Source of the DNA: the human T2T-CHM13v2.0 reference genome, Homo sapiens
Strand: one strand, 5' to 3'
Assembly (NCBI RefSeq): GCF_009914755.1
Contig: NC_060939.1
DNA: 64,000 nucleotides
Positions 1 to 26,300 of the stretch are shown in pieces. The notes under the pieces were generated by a model. That model was not told where the DNA came from and did no database searches. It saw only the letters and a program-made list of their open reading frames with translations. The position numbers and the translations under genes were made by a program. The first letter of the stretch is position 1; each line of letters begins with the position of its first letter.

Positions 1-179
1 TTTTTGGTTTGCTAAAAAACTACCAATCACATCAGATTAGAAGTACTTTCACGGTAAAAATAAAAAGTGATGTGACTGACACCTCTTACCTCTGTAATGT
101 ATTACTCTTCACGAGAGCAGTGAAGGAAAACATGGTGATTCAGTCACTCCACACATCAAGCAGAAAAGAGTGTTGAACA

Positions 180-474
180 GGCCGGGCGCGGTGGCTCACG
201 CCTGTAATCCCAGCACTTTGGGAGGCCGAGGCGGGTGGATCACTTGAGGTCAGGAGTTCAAAACCAGCCTGGCCCACATGGTGGAACCCTGTCTCTACTA
301 AAAGTACACAAAATTAGCCAGGCGTGGTGGTGGACACCTGTAGTCCCAGCTACTCGGGAGGCTGAGGCAGGAGAATGGCATGAACCCAGGAGGCTTGCAG
401 TGAGCCAAGATGGCACCACTGCACTCCAGCCTGGGAGACAGAGTGAGACTCCGTCTCAAAAAAAAAAAAAAAAA
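180..474 (+). mobile_element. Alu (S family) with target-site duplication
   Basis: ggccgggcgcggtggctcacgcctgtaatccc...poly(A), with gtgttgaaca on both sides. Confidence 0.95.
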
Positions 475-1143
475 GTGTTGAACAATTAAACTGTTTATAT
501 GTAATAACCAGATATATATGCCTGGCATAAAATGAGCCCTGCATTAGAGGTTGCTGGATGTAGGGTCCTAGGCCTGACGTATCCAAATAATGTCTATGAT
601 AAAGAAGTCAATAAGTGCTCTCTATAACACACAAGCATTATAAGTTTTCACACTCCAAAAACTCTTCCTTTCTAAAGTTACTAAAACTTTTAAGGGCATT
701 TCAAACAAAAACAGCTGTGGAAAACAGATCGGTTAAATCCTATGGCTAAGAAACATCTTCCTATCCCATGTATTATTCATTACCCAGGTGTCAATTCTGT
801 TTCCAATACAAAAGTCTCAAGCAGTGAAGCGCTTCCCACTCCAGCTGGGAGAGCCATCCTCAACAAGATAAGGGTAAAACCTGTGAGCACAAGGCTTCCA
901 TCTGCAATTCCTGTCTGCAGGGAAGCTCCCCAAAGAGGGAAACCATGTCTTATTCCTTACGGTAAAACACCACCATTCATTCCTTGTGTTTAACAACCAA
1001 TGCTGGTGGAACATAAAACAAAACTTAGCAATCACTTTTTTCATGCTACTTAGACCTGTAACACATTTTTCCTCTGGTGCACACTATCCAAAACCTAGTC
1101 ATTTCCCTTACTCCTAGGAGGAATTTAGATGACTTTTTTTTTT

Positions 1144-2358
<1,215 letters not shown>

Positions 2359-3207
2359 TAAGTATCCATGATCAACTACTGCTTAACAGCCTACACGACT
2401 TTTGATGAACAGTCAAGGCACATTACTTAATACTTAAAATGGTTAACCTTAGGGAGTAGGAAAATACAGACACACACAAAATATTTCAAACACTTCTTTT
2501 TGCTGCTGATAAGGAGTTCCAAAAGTAGTTTTTCCAAGCCATTTCCAAATAAAAGTAGATTGGGTGTAAAGAACTGTCTATCGAAATATTACCGTTATTA
2601 TTTATTTAATAATGTCCTGACAAGCTTGCAATTATCTCATTAAATCAAAAAATTAGGATCTAAGGCCAACATTGTTTCCTCATATTCTTGATGTGAAAAT
2701 CTGAGCACTCCTCTTAATAAGGAGTTACAAAGACAAAACAAACAGCTCAACTGAACTAACTCTTGTCTCTCCAGAAACACAAACACAAGACCTCATAAAA
2801 TGAGTGAGTTTCTATAGGCCATAATTACTGCAACTTACTTCTCCAATTTTCCCCTCCACAGTTAACTCAACAGCTCAAAAACGATCAGTAACAAACAACA
2901 GTCACCATGATATGGTTAGGAGTGTGGCAGATTTCTTAACCAGTAATAATAAATAGGAAAAAAATTTTCTCTATTAATAGATCTCAAGTTTCGTGCACTT
3001 GCAAGAAACTAATTAAAAGGCAGCCGCGCACGATCTACAAAAACAGCCATAAGACTGTTACATTTTAAGTTACAGGAAATAAACCTGCTCCTCTAATTCA
3101 GCAAGATACAACTGACTTCCCCTTACATACCCTAAAAAAAAGCCTTACACGGGAAATTTAAACATGGAAGCAGAAACACACCAAGAAAAAGACATGTCAA
3201 ACCCCAC

Positions 3208-3310
3208 CTGTATATCTGTTTTCAACCATTTGGAGTCGAGGCGAGCCTGGGCAGCCAAACACAAAGATTCAGAGGGCATCTTTTCTCCAGCTTCCTCCCA
3301 GGTCTCAGGC
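3208..3310 (-). pseudogene. HERC2P3: HERC2-family exon 2 (ATG at 3279; MPSESLCLAAQARLDSKWLKTDIQ); gene continues left of the window
   Basis: Acceptor ttgcag| at 3311 and donor |gtgggg at 3207. The 24 codons match the HERC2 N-terminus except Leu where I recall Phe at position 6. Confidence 0.85.
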
Positions 3311-3699
3311 CTGCAAGTAAACACATACGCTGAAGACCTAATGCTTTTTAATAGTTTACAAAGACACTCCCGAAAGGTTCAATGCAGAAAAGAAAAAAGA
3401 GAGAGAGAACAGAAAGGGGGGAGAGAAGAGCTGGTGGAGGGGAGAGAAGGGGAGAGAGGGAAAGAGGGAAGAGATGGAGAGAGAGGGAGGTGGGGAAGGG
3501 AAAGCCTCCTTCCAAGGTAGGCAGGGTGTGCCGAGTTTCTGCACCACGCTGACGAGACCTTGAGAATGGACGGTCACAGGAAGCCAAGTTACAATGTCAT
3601 CCCCCTGCCCTCAAATCCAAGAAGTACACACACATAACAGGGAGCCCATCGTTTTAACGACAAATGACAGCAGCATGAATCTGCCGCTTTACCCCACAG

Positions 3700-4420
3700 C
3701 AGGGCGCGTGCGTGAAACAAATTACTCAAAAGGATCGCCTGCAGAAAAACCCACAGCCACCACCACTTAAGAGATGGAGAGAGGCCCGAGGCTGCCCCGC
3801 GGGTGGTCCGCGCAGGCCCCGGTGCGGCCGCCGCGCCCACGCCCGCCTCCCGGGCTCGGCCGCCCGCCAGCCCCGCGCCCGTACCGCCCCCGCCACCGGC
3901 CGCCCAGGTGCCCCAGGCCAGGACCTGACGCGCAGGGCCCGGCCGCCCCGCCCCGCCGGCGCGCGGACGCAGCCTCCCAAGAGCCGCTGGCTCAGCCGGC
4001 GCCCGCGATCCCGGCGCCTCTCGCGGCCCGAGGGGCGGGCCGACGCGGGACTGCCGCCCCCCGCGTACGGCCAATCGCAACGAGGCTGCTCCGTGGGCGC
4101 AGCCAATGGGGAAGAGGAGCCCTTCGCCGCTCCTCCCGACTCTCCCGCTTCCAGCAATCCCGCTTATCTTCCTACTTGGAGCGCCCTGGCTGCGGCCAAG
4201 GCCAACAGCGGGCGCCGGAAGGCGGGATTTCCGCCGCACGCACGCACTCCCGCACTCCCACGGGAGACTGCTTGGCCCGGAGCGCCGCGGCGGGTGGTGG
4301 CGCTCACACTAACTATAGCTATCCAGGGCGCGGGTCGAGTGGCGAGACCAGCTCCCCTGGGTATGAGAACGCATCTTTGTGCGGTCGGCTGGCTGGGGCC
4401 TGAAGAGCTTCCTCCTGTGT
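3700..4420. promoter_or_regulatory. CpG island / TATA-less promoter of the HERC2-family copy (likely bidirectional)
   Basis: Very high GC and CpG density. GC boxes (ggggcggg ~4032, ccgcccc ~4054), two CCAAT boxes (4071-4075, 4103-4107) and an ETS-like ccggaag (~4215). Overlaps HERC2-like exon 1. Confidence 0.9.
3925..4020 (-). pseudogene. HERC2P3: HERC2-family non-coding exon 1 (5' boundary approximate)
   Basis: Reverse complement reads gccggctgagccagcggctcttgggaggctgcgtccgcgcgccggc...ggccctgcgcgtcag, matching the HERC2 5'UTR as I recall it, followed by gt. Paralog identity is inferred from gene order; HERC2P2 or HERC2 itself are alternatives. Confidence 0.75.
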
Positions 4421-4550
4421 GTTCAACTGAACGCAGCAAAAGTCTTGGGCAGATTCCATGGAGCAGCTGTGGAAGCACTGTGCAGGGAATCGAAGAAGGA
4501 AACACCTCCAGCGACCACAAAACAAAATTGAAGAACTATAAAACAATATA

Positions 4551-8892
<4,342 letters not shown>

Positions 8893-10019
8893 CTGATCTA
8901 GTTCAAAACCTCACTTTGAATCCACCCACATTGCTCTAAAATACTTTCATCTTTCCTGTGGCTAAAACCTTAAAGCCTTGCCAGTAACTCCCATTGCACT
9001 TAAGGAAATCCAATCTCCCTTGTTGTGGCCCCTGAACAGGCTGCTGCTGGCCCACCACGGTGCCTCTAGTTTGTGTAAAATGCATATGTTAATTTATAAT
9101 ATATGAGGCTTTTTTAGCTCTAAAAGGCTATTATTCACTAGTTGCTGTGTGAATCAGTATTTCTGGGTGCAGTTAGAAATTATTAGAGTTGATGCCCAAG
9201 ACTCATCTCCATCAGCACGGGGGAGGCATCTGCTCGTTTTATGGTCAGTGACTCTGGGCCTCCTGCTGGGCTAAGTCCTGAGGTGGGTCTGACTCAGGTC
9301 AGAGCTGTGCACCCCGGCCCTCCTCCCCAACGTGCATGAGTGCTCTTTAGGATGGAGCTGAACACTGGCTTCTCAAAACCACTTGGCCCCATCACAGGCC
9401 CTGAGAACTGATTGGGTCACTCTGGTGGGCTCCCCAGCCCTAGCCAAGAAGGGTTTCTCTAGGGAGCCTGGCCCCCCACTTATGAGACCTGGAGCCCCAA
9501 AGATCCTGACCAGGGGCCTGCCTCCTCCAGGGAGGGGCCACTCGCCCCCACCAAGCTCCCTTCACAGAGACCCATCCAACAGAGCTGAGGAAAACCATGC
9601 CTCATAAATGAATAAATACATAAATAAGGATGCCGGGGACCTGTGGATTTTGTAATTCCTGAAAGAAGGCAGAGTGGCTGGCTCACAGCAAGCGCAGTAG
9701 GAGATACTGCTCCCCGGCCAGGCTGTTCTCTGTCTCTTTGGAGGGAGCCCTAGGGTACAAGAAAAGCCAGAGGAGACCAGCTGGCCCAGAAGGTGCCTCT
9801 CCACCCCTTCCCCAGAGTTTCTGGGAAACAAAGCCCACCCGAGGGACACATGCCTTCTTGGGAGTTGTACCAGGCCTCCTTCCTCATCCGGCCATGCAGT
9901 GGTTTTCAGTGCCCGAAACAGATGAATAAAATAGGCCCTTTACTGGATGTTCTTCAGGAACATGCACACTTCTTTGGATCTTACCATCGTTTTATCTCTA
10001 TTTAAAGTTAAATGCTGTG

Positions 10020-13800
<3,781 letters not shown>

Positions 13801-14071
13801 GTGCATTAATCATTTTGAGAGTGAAAAGATTTTTTAAAATGTTTTTACTTTTTTAGGTATGGCCAAGTGAGATGGGGCTAGTGAAATGGGTGGGAGAATT
13901 GGAAGCTGATAGTGTGTGAGCTAGACACCCATGAATGCTTTTCCACTGGGCAGTTAGAGGGATGATAGGTAATAATATAAGGCAGCTCCATCACACAAGC
14001 TGGTGACTCCTGTGCGACAGACCAAGAGCTGCATTTGGAGATTCATTTCCGATTGTTGCGTTTCCTCTTAG

Positions 14072-18438
<4,367 letters not shown>

Positions 18439-18496
18439 GTAAATCATATTAGCTGTATTGTATTGTGTTTTATTTATTTACTTTTTTGTTTTTTGA

Positions 18497-19044
<548 letters not shown>

Positions 19045-19861
19045 TGACCCACCTGCCTTGGCCTCTCAAAATGTTGGGATTACAGGTGTTAGCCACTGTG
19101 CCTGGCCTGTATTGTATTTTAATAGGTGATTATTGGTTTTCATATTAAGATAGTGAAATCTAGCGCAAGGATCTCAAAAATTTGTTTGATGATTGAAGGA
19201 ATATTCTGAAAATTACCTAGTATAGATGTTAGGATAAAGAGCAGACCCTTTTCAATATAGGTGAGAGGAGAAGTTGGAGGGTGTGATGATACTCAAAAGT
19301 TTTTCACTGAAGAGAAATTGGGGCGTGCAGTAAACATGTAAAAAGATTCTTACTAATAAGCAGGTGGATGCAAATGAAAATCATCATGGAAGGTTATTTT
19401 TAAAACTGATTGTATCATTGCCTCACTTTATATATTACAGAGTTATACATACTACTTTGTAAGATAACTTTTCTTTTCAAAACTGAAGTCAATGTGATAG
19501 AATGGTGAGCATTATTTTGGAAGGCCAGACTAGGAGGAGGTGGGAGGAAGAAGTCAGACTCAGCCTGTGAACAGACGCTAACCTTGGCAGAAGCCAAAAC
19601 AGTCAGACAGTGTTGTGTAAAAATGATCATTCAAGAAGAGCGAAACAGCAAGGTGATTTGTGAAAGAGATTTATTAGAAAATGAAACACATTTATACCTC
19701 TGTTCAATAAAAATCTGCTTTTCGTCAACTGATGCTCCTGGTTTTTGTTTCTACACATAGAGAAAGCAGAGCCCTGGCAGCTTGGGTCAGGCAGCCGAGT
19801 ACAGACCAGGGAGCCCTGGGCAGTGGCTGCAGCTCTCAGCTGGCCTGTTCATGGGGCCATG

Positions 19862-19943
19862 GTGGGTCTGTGGCGTGGGGTGGGCCTGTGGCGTGGGGTG
19901 GGCCTGCGGCGTGGGGTGGGCCCGTGGCATGGGGTGGGCCTGC
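19862..19943. repeat. 18-bp G-rich minisatellite, about 4 copies
   Basis: tgtggcgtggggtgggcc units. Confidence 0.9.
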
Positions 19944-20689
19944 TGTCCACAGCCAGAAAAACTAACTTAGTGCACACACAGTGAAATTTTGAAACAGGAA
20001 GTTTTAGAGCTAGTTTCTGTCATAGATTTTAGTAAATGCTATTTTGCAAAACCTTTTTCTGATGTTTGTTTTGTTTTTCTAATCTGATAATGCATATTTC
20101 ACACATTCTGGTCTTTAACAAATGGAAATAAAGAGAACTAAACAATATAGTTTGTGTCGATGGAAAGAGCTTGGGATTTGTTCTCAGAAAATTTCAGTTA
20201 CAACAGTTTGTTCATATAGGTGGACTTCCAACACAGTAACTATAGGAGTAAGAATAAAAGCTGTGTTTACTTTCACAGAGTTAATTAAGAATACATGAGA
20301 AAATGGATGTTAAAAACCTTGTAATTAAAATGTACAGTTACATGCAAAGTTTTAAAGTGAGCATTTTCCAGAGGTGCTTTTCTAAGTTCTTGAATGCCTC
20401 TCCCTTTTCTGAAGTGGCTGCTTCGTGGGGCTGTTGGTCTTTGGCAGGGGGTGAGTGCAGGGTTCCTGTTGTGGGTCCTTTGTTCTCACGAGGGCAGTGC
20501 CCGTTTTCCCCGTCTCCTGCTTGCCCAGACTGTTCCCGTGCGCAGAGAGACTGGCCTGTTTGACCTGCAGCTGTGCTGTTTGAGCTGCAGCTGTGTAGCC
20601 TGCGCTGGCCCATCTGGCTACACTCAACACCGTTTGCTGATCAGCACTTGAAGTCTGTCCGTCATAGCTGAGACACTGAATATTTTATC

Positions 20690-21775
20690 TGTTTAATTTT
20701 TATTCATTAAAATGCAGGTTTGAAAATTTGATTCTGTTATTAGAAAGCACTTAAGTATGTTTAGAATCACTTGGCCTTGGGAGTCTACTTTGTCAACTGT
20801 GTATTTTATGAGTCTAAATGGAGATCAGATGTTTTCAATGCAAATTTCACGGTCCAAATTGAAATGTGTTACATATGTAAGCTACTCAGATGGTTTTTGA
20901 GGACTTAATATGAAATAACCTATGTAAAATATCTCAATAATTTTTCTTAGATTGATTTCATGTTGAAATGGTCATATTTTTGATCTGTTGGAATAACTAT
21001 GATACATTATTAAAATTATTTTTATTTTTTAAGATGGAATCTTACTCTGTTGACCAGACCGGAGTGCAGTGGTGCAATCTTGGCTCACTGCAACCTCCGC
21101 CTCTTGTGTTCAAGTGATTCTCCTGCCTCAGCCTCCTGAGCAGCTGGGACTACAGGACTACAGACTCCCGAGCAGCTGGGACTACCACCACGCCTGGCTG
21201 ATTTTTGTATTTTTGTAGAGACAGAGTTTCACCATGTTGGCCAGGCTGGTCTCGAACTCCTGACCTCAAGTAATCTGCCCGCTTTGGCTTCCCAGAGTGC
21301 TGGGATTACAGGCATGAGCCACTGCAACCAGCCATTATTACAATTAATTTTATGTGTTGTTGTTTTTCTTGTTGGTGTGTTTTTTGTTTTTTTTTTTTAC
21401 TTTTGTTAATGTGACTAAGAACAATTTTTTTTCCCCACCCGGAGATGGATCCTCACTCTGTTGCCTGGACTGGAGTGCAGTAGCACGATCTCAGCTCACT
21501 GCAGCCTCTGCCTCCTGGGTTCAAATGATTCTCCTGCCTCAACCTCCTGAGTGGCTGGGACTAACAGAAGCATGCCACCATACCTGGCTAATTTTTGTAT
21601 TTTTAGTAGAGATGGGGTTTCACCATGTTGGCCAGGATGGTCTTGAACTCCCAACCTCAGGTAATCTGCCCACCTCAGCCTCCCAAAGTGTTGGGATTAC
21701 AGGCGTGAGCCACCGCACCTGGCCATGTTTATTAATACGACTAAGAACATTTTGAATTGCACCTGTGGCTCCATT
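20690..21775. mobile_element. Charlie5/MER33-like hAT remnant split by Alus
   Basis: tgtaaaatatctcaataatttt...catgttgaaatggtcatatttttgat...attattaaaatt...ttttacttttgttaatgtgacta...ttgcacctgtggctc. Confidence 0.55.
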
Positions 21776-23166
21776 GGTGTCCTGGGCAGGTGGCTCTGTG
21801 CTGTCCACACAGGTTGTCTCCTGTGTCTTCGTCTTCGCTGCGTGTGACTTTTTGGTTCCTGTGGCACGTGGGGTCCTGTATGGGACATTGGTTCTACAGC
21901 AGATTTATAGTAAGGATGTACCTACTAAAAAATACAAAATAAAAAGAATAGACACAAACATAGAAATAAGTATCACCTCACAAAACTTTTGGAAAGTAGA
22001 AAAAGAAAAATGCATTCGCAGCTTTCCAGTAGCCGATATCCAGGCTGTCTTCATAAGCATGGATCATGTGTCCCTCTCCTGCATGGGTAGACACTGTTTT
22101 CTCACCTTAAGTGTTTGTGAGTGAAGGATTCTTGATGTGTTGACTTGGCAGATGCAGTTGTTGAACAGTAGTTTATCTAAAGATCGTAAGAGACTTTTGG
22201 AGACATTTCATGTCCTTTTTTCCCTTGGAAAACGTGGGTTGGAGAAATCGCTGCTTGCCAAAAATAAGCCGTGAAACGTATTTCAGAGTAGATCGTTATT
22301 TACATGCTGGCGAGGAGCCACAGAATACCATTTACATTTGAAAATAGAGTGCTGCGAAGTTTTTATAAGTAGTGAATCCCATCAGAATTACACATTTTGA
22401 TTATGGCTCTAAATTTTATATTAAATAAACTAAAAATTTCATTGTATTGTATTACCGTCTCTTGCTCCTTCAGGTGTAGCATACATGTTAGATTCTAGAC
22501 CTGTTTCTTGTGTTACAGTGGTGTTATCCAGGCAGGGTATCATGTAGTGAAGGTGATGTCTAGTGGTGGTGGTGAGCCCAGTGAAGGCGCATCCTTGCCG
22601 TGTGTGATGAGGGCCTGTGGGTTGCTATGGGATTCCCCAACCCTGGCTCCTCTGTCTCCTGCTTCTGTCCTTACTCACACTGCTGGTAGTTTTCTGGTGT
22701 GAGCCACGGGGGCAAGTGGGATTGACAAGCCTGCTGTCACATTAGGAACCTGAGTTAAAGTGGAGCTGAAAGCATGTCCTCGCTCTTGATGTTGTGCAGA
22801 GAGCCACCTGTGCTCCTGGCTCAACGGGGCGTGTGTGGTGGGTCTGGAACCAGGCCCTGGTTTGGCTCTCCTCCCCTCCATGTTCCCCTGTCCTGTCTGA
22901 TTTGCTTCACACTGACATAAGAGTTACTTTCCCTCGGCCTCCCAAAGTGCTGGTATTACAGGCATTAGCCACCGCGCCCAGCTAGCATCCTTTCAAGTAC
23001 TGGGGTACACCCAAGCTCCCAGCTTCTAGCTAGGAGTCATTTGGTCCCTCTTTATCCCAAAGGACTTGCCACCATCTTTGGTTCCCAAAGCCCAGGAGGG
23101 TCCAGGCTCTTCAGCCTCCAACCACTTTGCATTTCTTGTCTGCTTTTCGTTCATGGAGATAATTAA

Positions 23167-23331
<165 letters not shown>

Positions 23332-26300
23332 TGAGTAGCTGGGACTACAGGTGTGCACCACTATGCCCAGCTAATTTTTACATTTTTAGTAGAGACAGGG
23401 TGTCGCCATATTGGCCAGGCTGGTCTCGAACTCCTGGCTTCAAGTGATCCTCCTGCCTCAGCCTCCCAGAGTGCTGGGATTACAGGCACGACCACCGCAC
23501 CCAGCCTTTATTTACTTTGTATATCTCATCTATTACTGCTGCAGTTTGCAGAAGAGAGGATGCCCTCAAACCTAACTTCTCCAAACCATCCCAAATGGGA
23601 AGTCTGCTCCACGTCAACAGCATTGTTGCTTTTAAAGACTATACGTCAACATGCCAGATTATAGCAAAAGGATGTCGAGGGAGCAATAGGAAAGCAAGCC
23701 TGAGAGTCCTGGAGAGAAGGTGGCAGAGCTGCCTTTTGAAGGTGGTTCCTTCCTCAGACCCTGCCCTTCCTGCCTTGTTCCTCCAGTTGCCAGATTTGCT
23801 GTTGGAGCTCCTCCACGGGCGAAGAGGTGAGGCTGGACTGAGAGGGAGATGGAGAAGCTGCCAGAGATTCTTTTGGATCTAGAATTGAGACAGCAGTTCC
23901 AGCCAGGTCCAGAGGTGGGGGCTGTCACCCAGCCCCCAGGGGAATGGTACTGATTGCAGAATGTGGCGAGAACTCCCTGGCTGGGAGAGGGAGGTGCTTG
24001 CTCCCTTGAATCACCTGAGCCCAGGCTGGAAGGCCCAAGGGGGAGGACGAGGCCAGCTCACTCCAGCTCCATCCCCTCCCTTTAACCCTAAGCTAGTTAA
24101 CCCTCCCAGACTCCAGTCCTTTTTCCTAAGTGCCCTCCCTGCAAAGTCTGCACCGAGCAGCGCTCCCTCGCACCAGCTCACCCTGCACTGTCTTGTCTTT
24201 CAGCAACCCCATGGGTTTGAACTTGAGACGATTCATGTTCCTAAAAGCCTCTTTGGGCTGAGGGAAGGCATGGGTGGCTCTGCCAGTTTTGGAGTGGGGG
24301 CCGACTCTTCTCAGAGCCGCTGCAAGGGCCAGGGCCACCCTCCCAGGCGGGTGTCTCCGGGCTGGGCAGCAGCTTTGTAGGCAGCCTGGGTCATCCCCAC
24401 TGGTCTGGGAAGCTGGGGGTGCACCGGCTCCTGCTCCTGATAGGGCCAAGGCACCTTCCTTACCTAAGAGCTGACTTTCTTGAAGAGTGGGCACAGAGGA
24501 GCCGGCAACCTGGGCTGTGTAGGCACCCAGGAGAAAATCTGCAGCTCAGTATCAGAAGTCTCCACCAGCACGGCTGTTGCAGAGATGGGGAAACTGGGCT
24601 GAGAGGGAAGGGGGCTTGCCCAAATCACCAGCCCTGGAATGTTTGGAGCTTTGGGGGTGGATCTCCCAGGAAACGTGTTTTTATGGCACCACCGCCTCTG
24701 GTCACCCACCCCGAGGTGTGGCGGGCCTGGACAGCCAGCTTGACTGAGGGCCAGGCTGGTGAAGTCAAAACTACCACTCAGGAAGAAGACCTAGCCCTTC
24801 TCCAGACAGAGTTCAAATGTGAGGACTGCCTTCTTTGGGCCTCAAATTCCCCACGTGAATTCCAAGGACCCCTCTAGCTCCTACACTCTGGGCCAAGGTT
24901 TCCTCTGAGCCGCAGTCAGCCTAGAGGACCTAGGATACATCTTCCTTGGACAGAGACCCACCATAGGGGCAGCAGGAGGTAGGGGTGGGGGTAGGCAAGA
25001 TTCCTGTGGGGAGGTGGAGCTGTCATCAGAGATGGTGTCTGCAGGCAGTGGGTGTATCGTGGCTCTGCTACTACTTGCTGGGTGGCCCCATGACGTTTCT
25101 TTCCCCACTCTGACCTCAGTTTCCCTATCTGTTCTGTGGAGATAAGATGCCTGCCTACATATTTGTGGACTGGGATGTGTGTGGGCCAGTTGCAGTGTTT
25201 CTTGGTGTGGTCCTGGGGCAGGCTGCACCACCCCATAGAGATTTCTGGGCCCCACCCTAGGCTCACAGGACCAGAATCTCTGGGAATGAAGCCTGGGAAT
25301 TTGCATTTCCACAGGCATCTGGCTGATTCTGACATGACTGAAAAGCACTAATAGTATATAGCAAGCTCTTTATAAAAGGTAAATTCATAGCTGCCTTTTA
25401 CTAAACATAAATCTCACCTTCCCTTCCTCAGTTAAGGACACACACCACAGTTGAAAATCACTGTGCCTTTCCAGATGCAGAATCTGACCTTTCCGATAAG
25501 ATTCTGTTAACTGCTGCTTTCTGCAGTTTGTATTCCAAAACAAGGGGAATATGTTTCCATTTTTTCAATACAAATGTTTAAGTCGGATATGCTTTCTCAA
25601 ACTGGACACACACTCACACAGCTTAGGGTTTCAGCTATGGCTTCCTCTCAAATTATTAGCCTCTTTCTGCCAGGGAGCAGTTTTTCCCAGACAAGACCCT
25701 GGACAGAGGTTGGTGGGGCCCTCCTCATCAGAATCACTAGATTATGACTGACCCCTAGAGGTGGCTTTTCTGCTTAAGTGTCAGCCCATGGGCTGGGTTG
25801 TGACCCCCAAAGCTGCGGCAGAAGCTTCCACCCATCCTGGGCCCCCCCTGCCATCTATGGGGAAAGGCCTGTCCCTTGTCTTCTGGGCCCAGCCGGCCTC
25901 ACAGGCATTCAGCAGATTGGAAAGTCGAAGCATGTGCTGTGCTTGGCTGGGCTCTCCTGCGCCCCTTTTTGGGGTGAGGTGGAGTGCATCCAGCCCCCAG
26001 AATCCCTGCCGTTTATTCCCACCCCTCATCCCCACCCCCATACACACTCACAAGTACAAACACAAGCACAGTCACTGGCACACACCACTCTGGACAGCAC
26101 CATTTCCAGCCTCAGCGGGGCAGTTTCCTTACAGGGAAGTTAATGAGGCACTAACGAAGGCTCAGGGGACAGGGGGAACCTCTATCGAGAAGAGGCTCCT
26201 AGACCTGGTTCTGCCTCTGAATTGCTGGGGGTCCTTGAGAAAGTTGCTATCCCTCTCTGGTCTCAGTTTCCTCAGGTGAGAAATGGGGGGCCGGCCAAAT

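Noticed and set aside
3386-3503. Purine-rich GA tract as a functional triplex element
   Set aside because: Ordinary intronic low-complexity sequence with no clear mirror symmetry.
3208-4020. Calling this the functional HERC2 gene
   Set aside because: Codon 6 is TTG (Leu) where I recall Phe, and the neighbours fit a duplicate block. It cannot be excluded without alignment because the true HERC2 has a similar neighbourhood.
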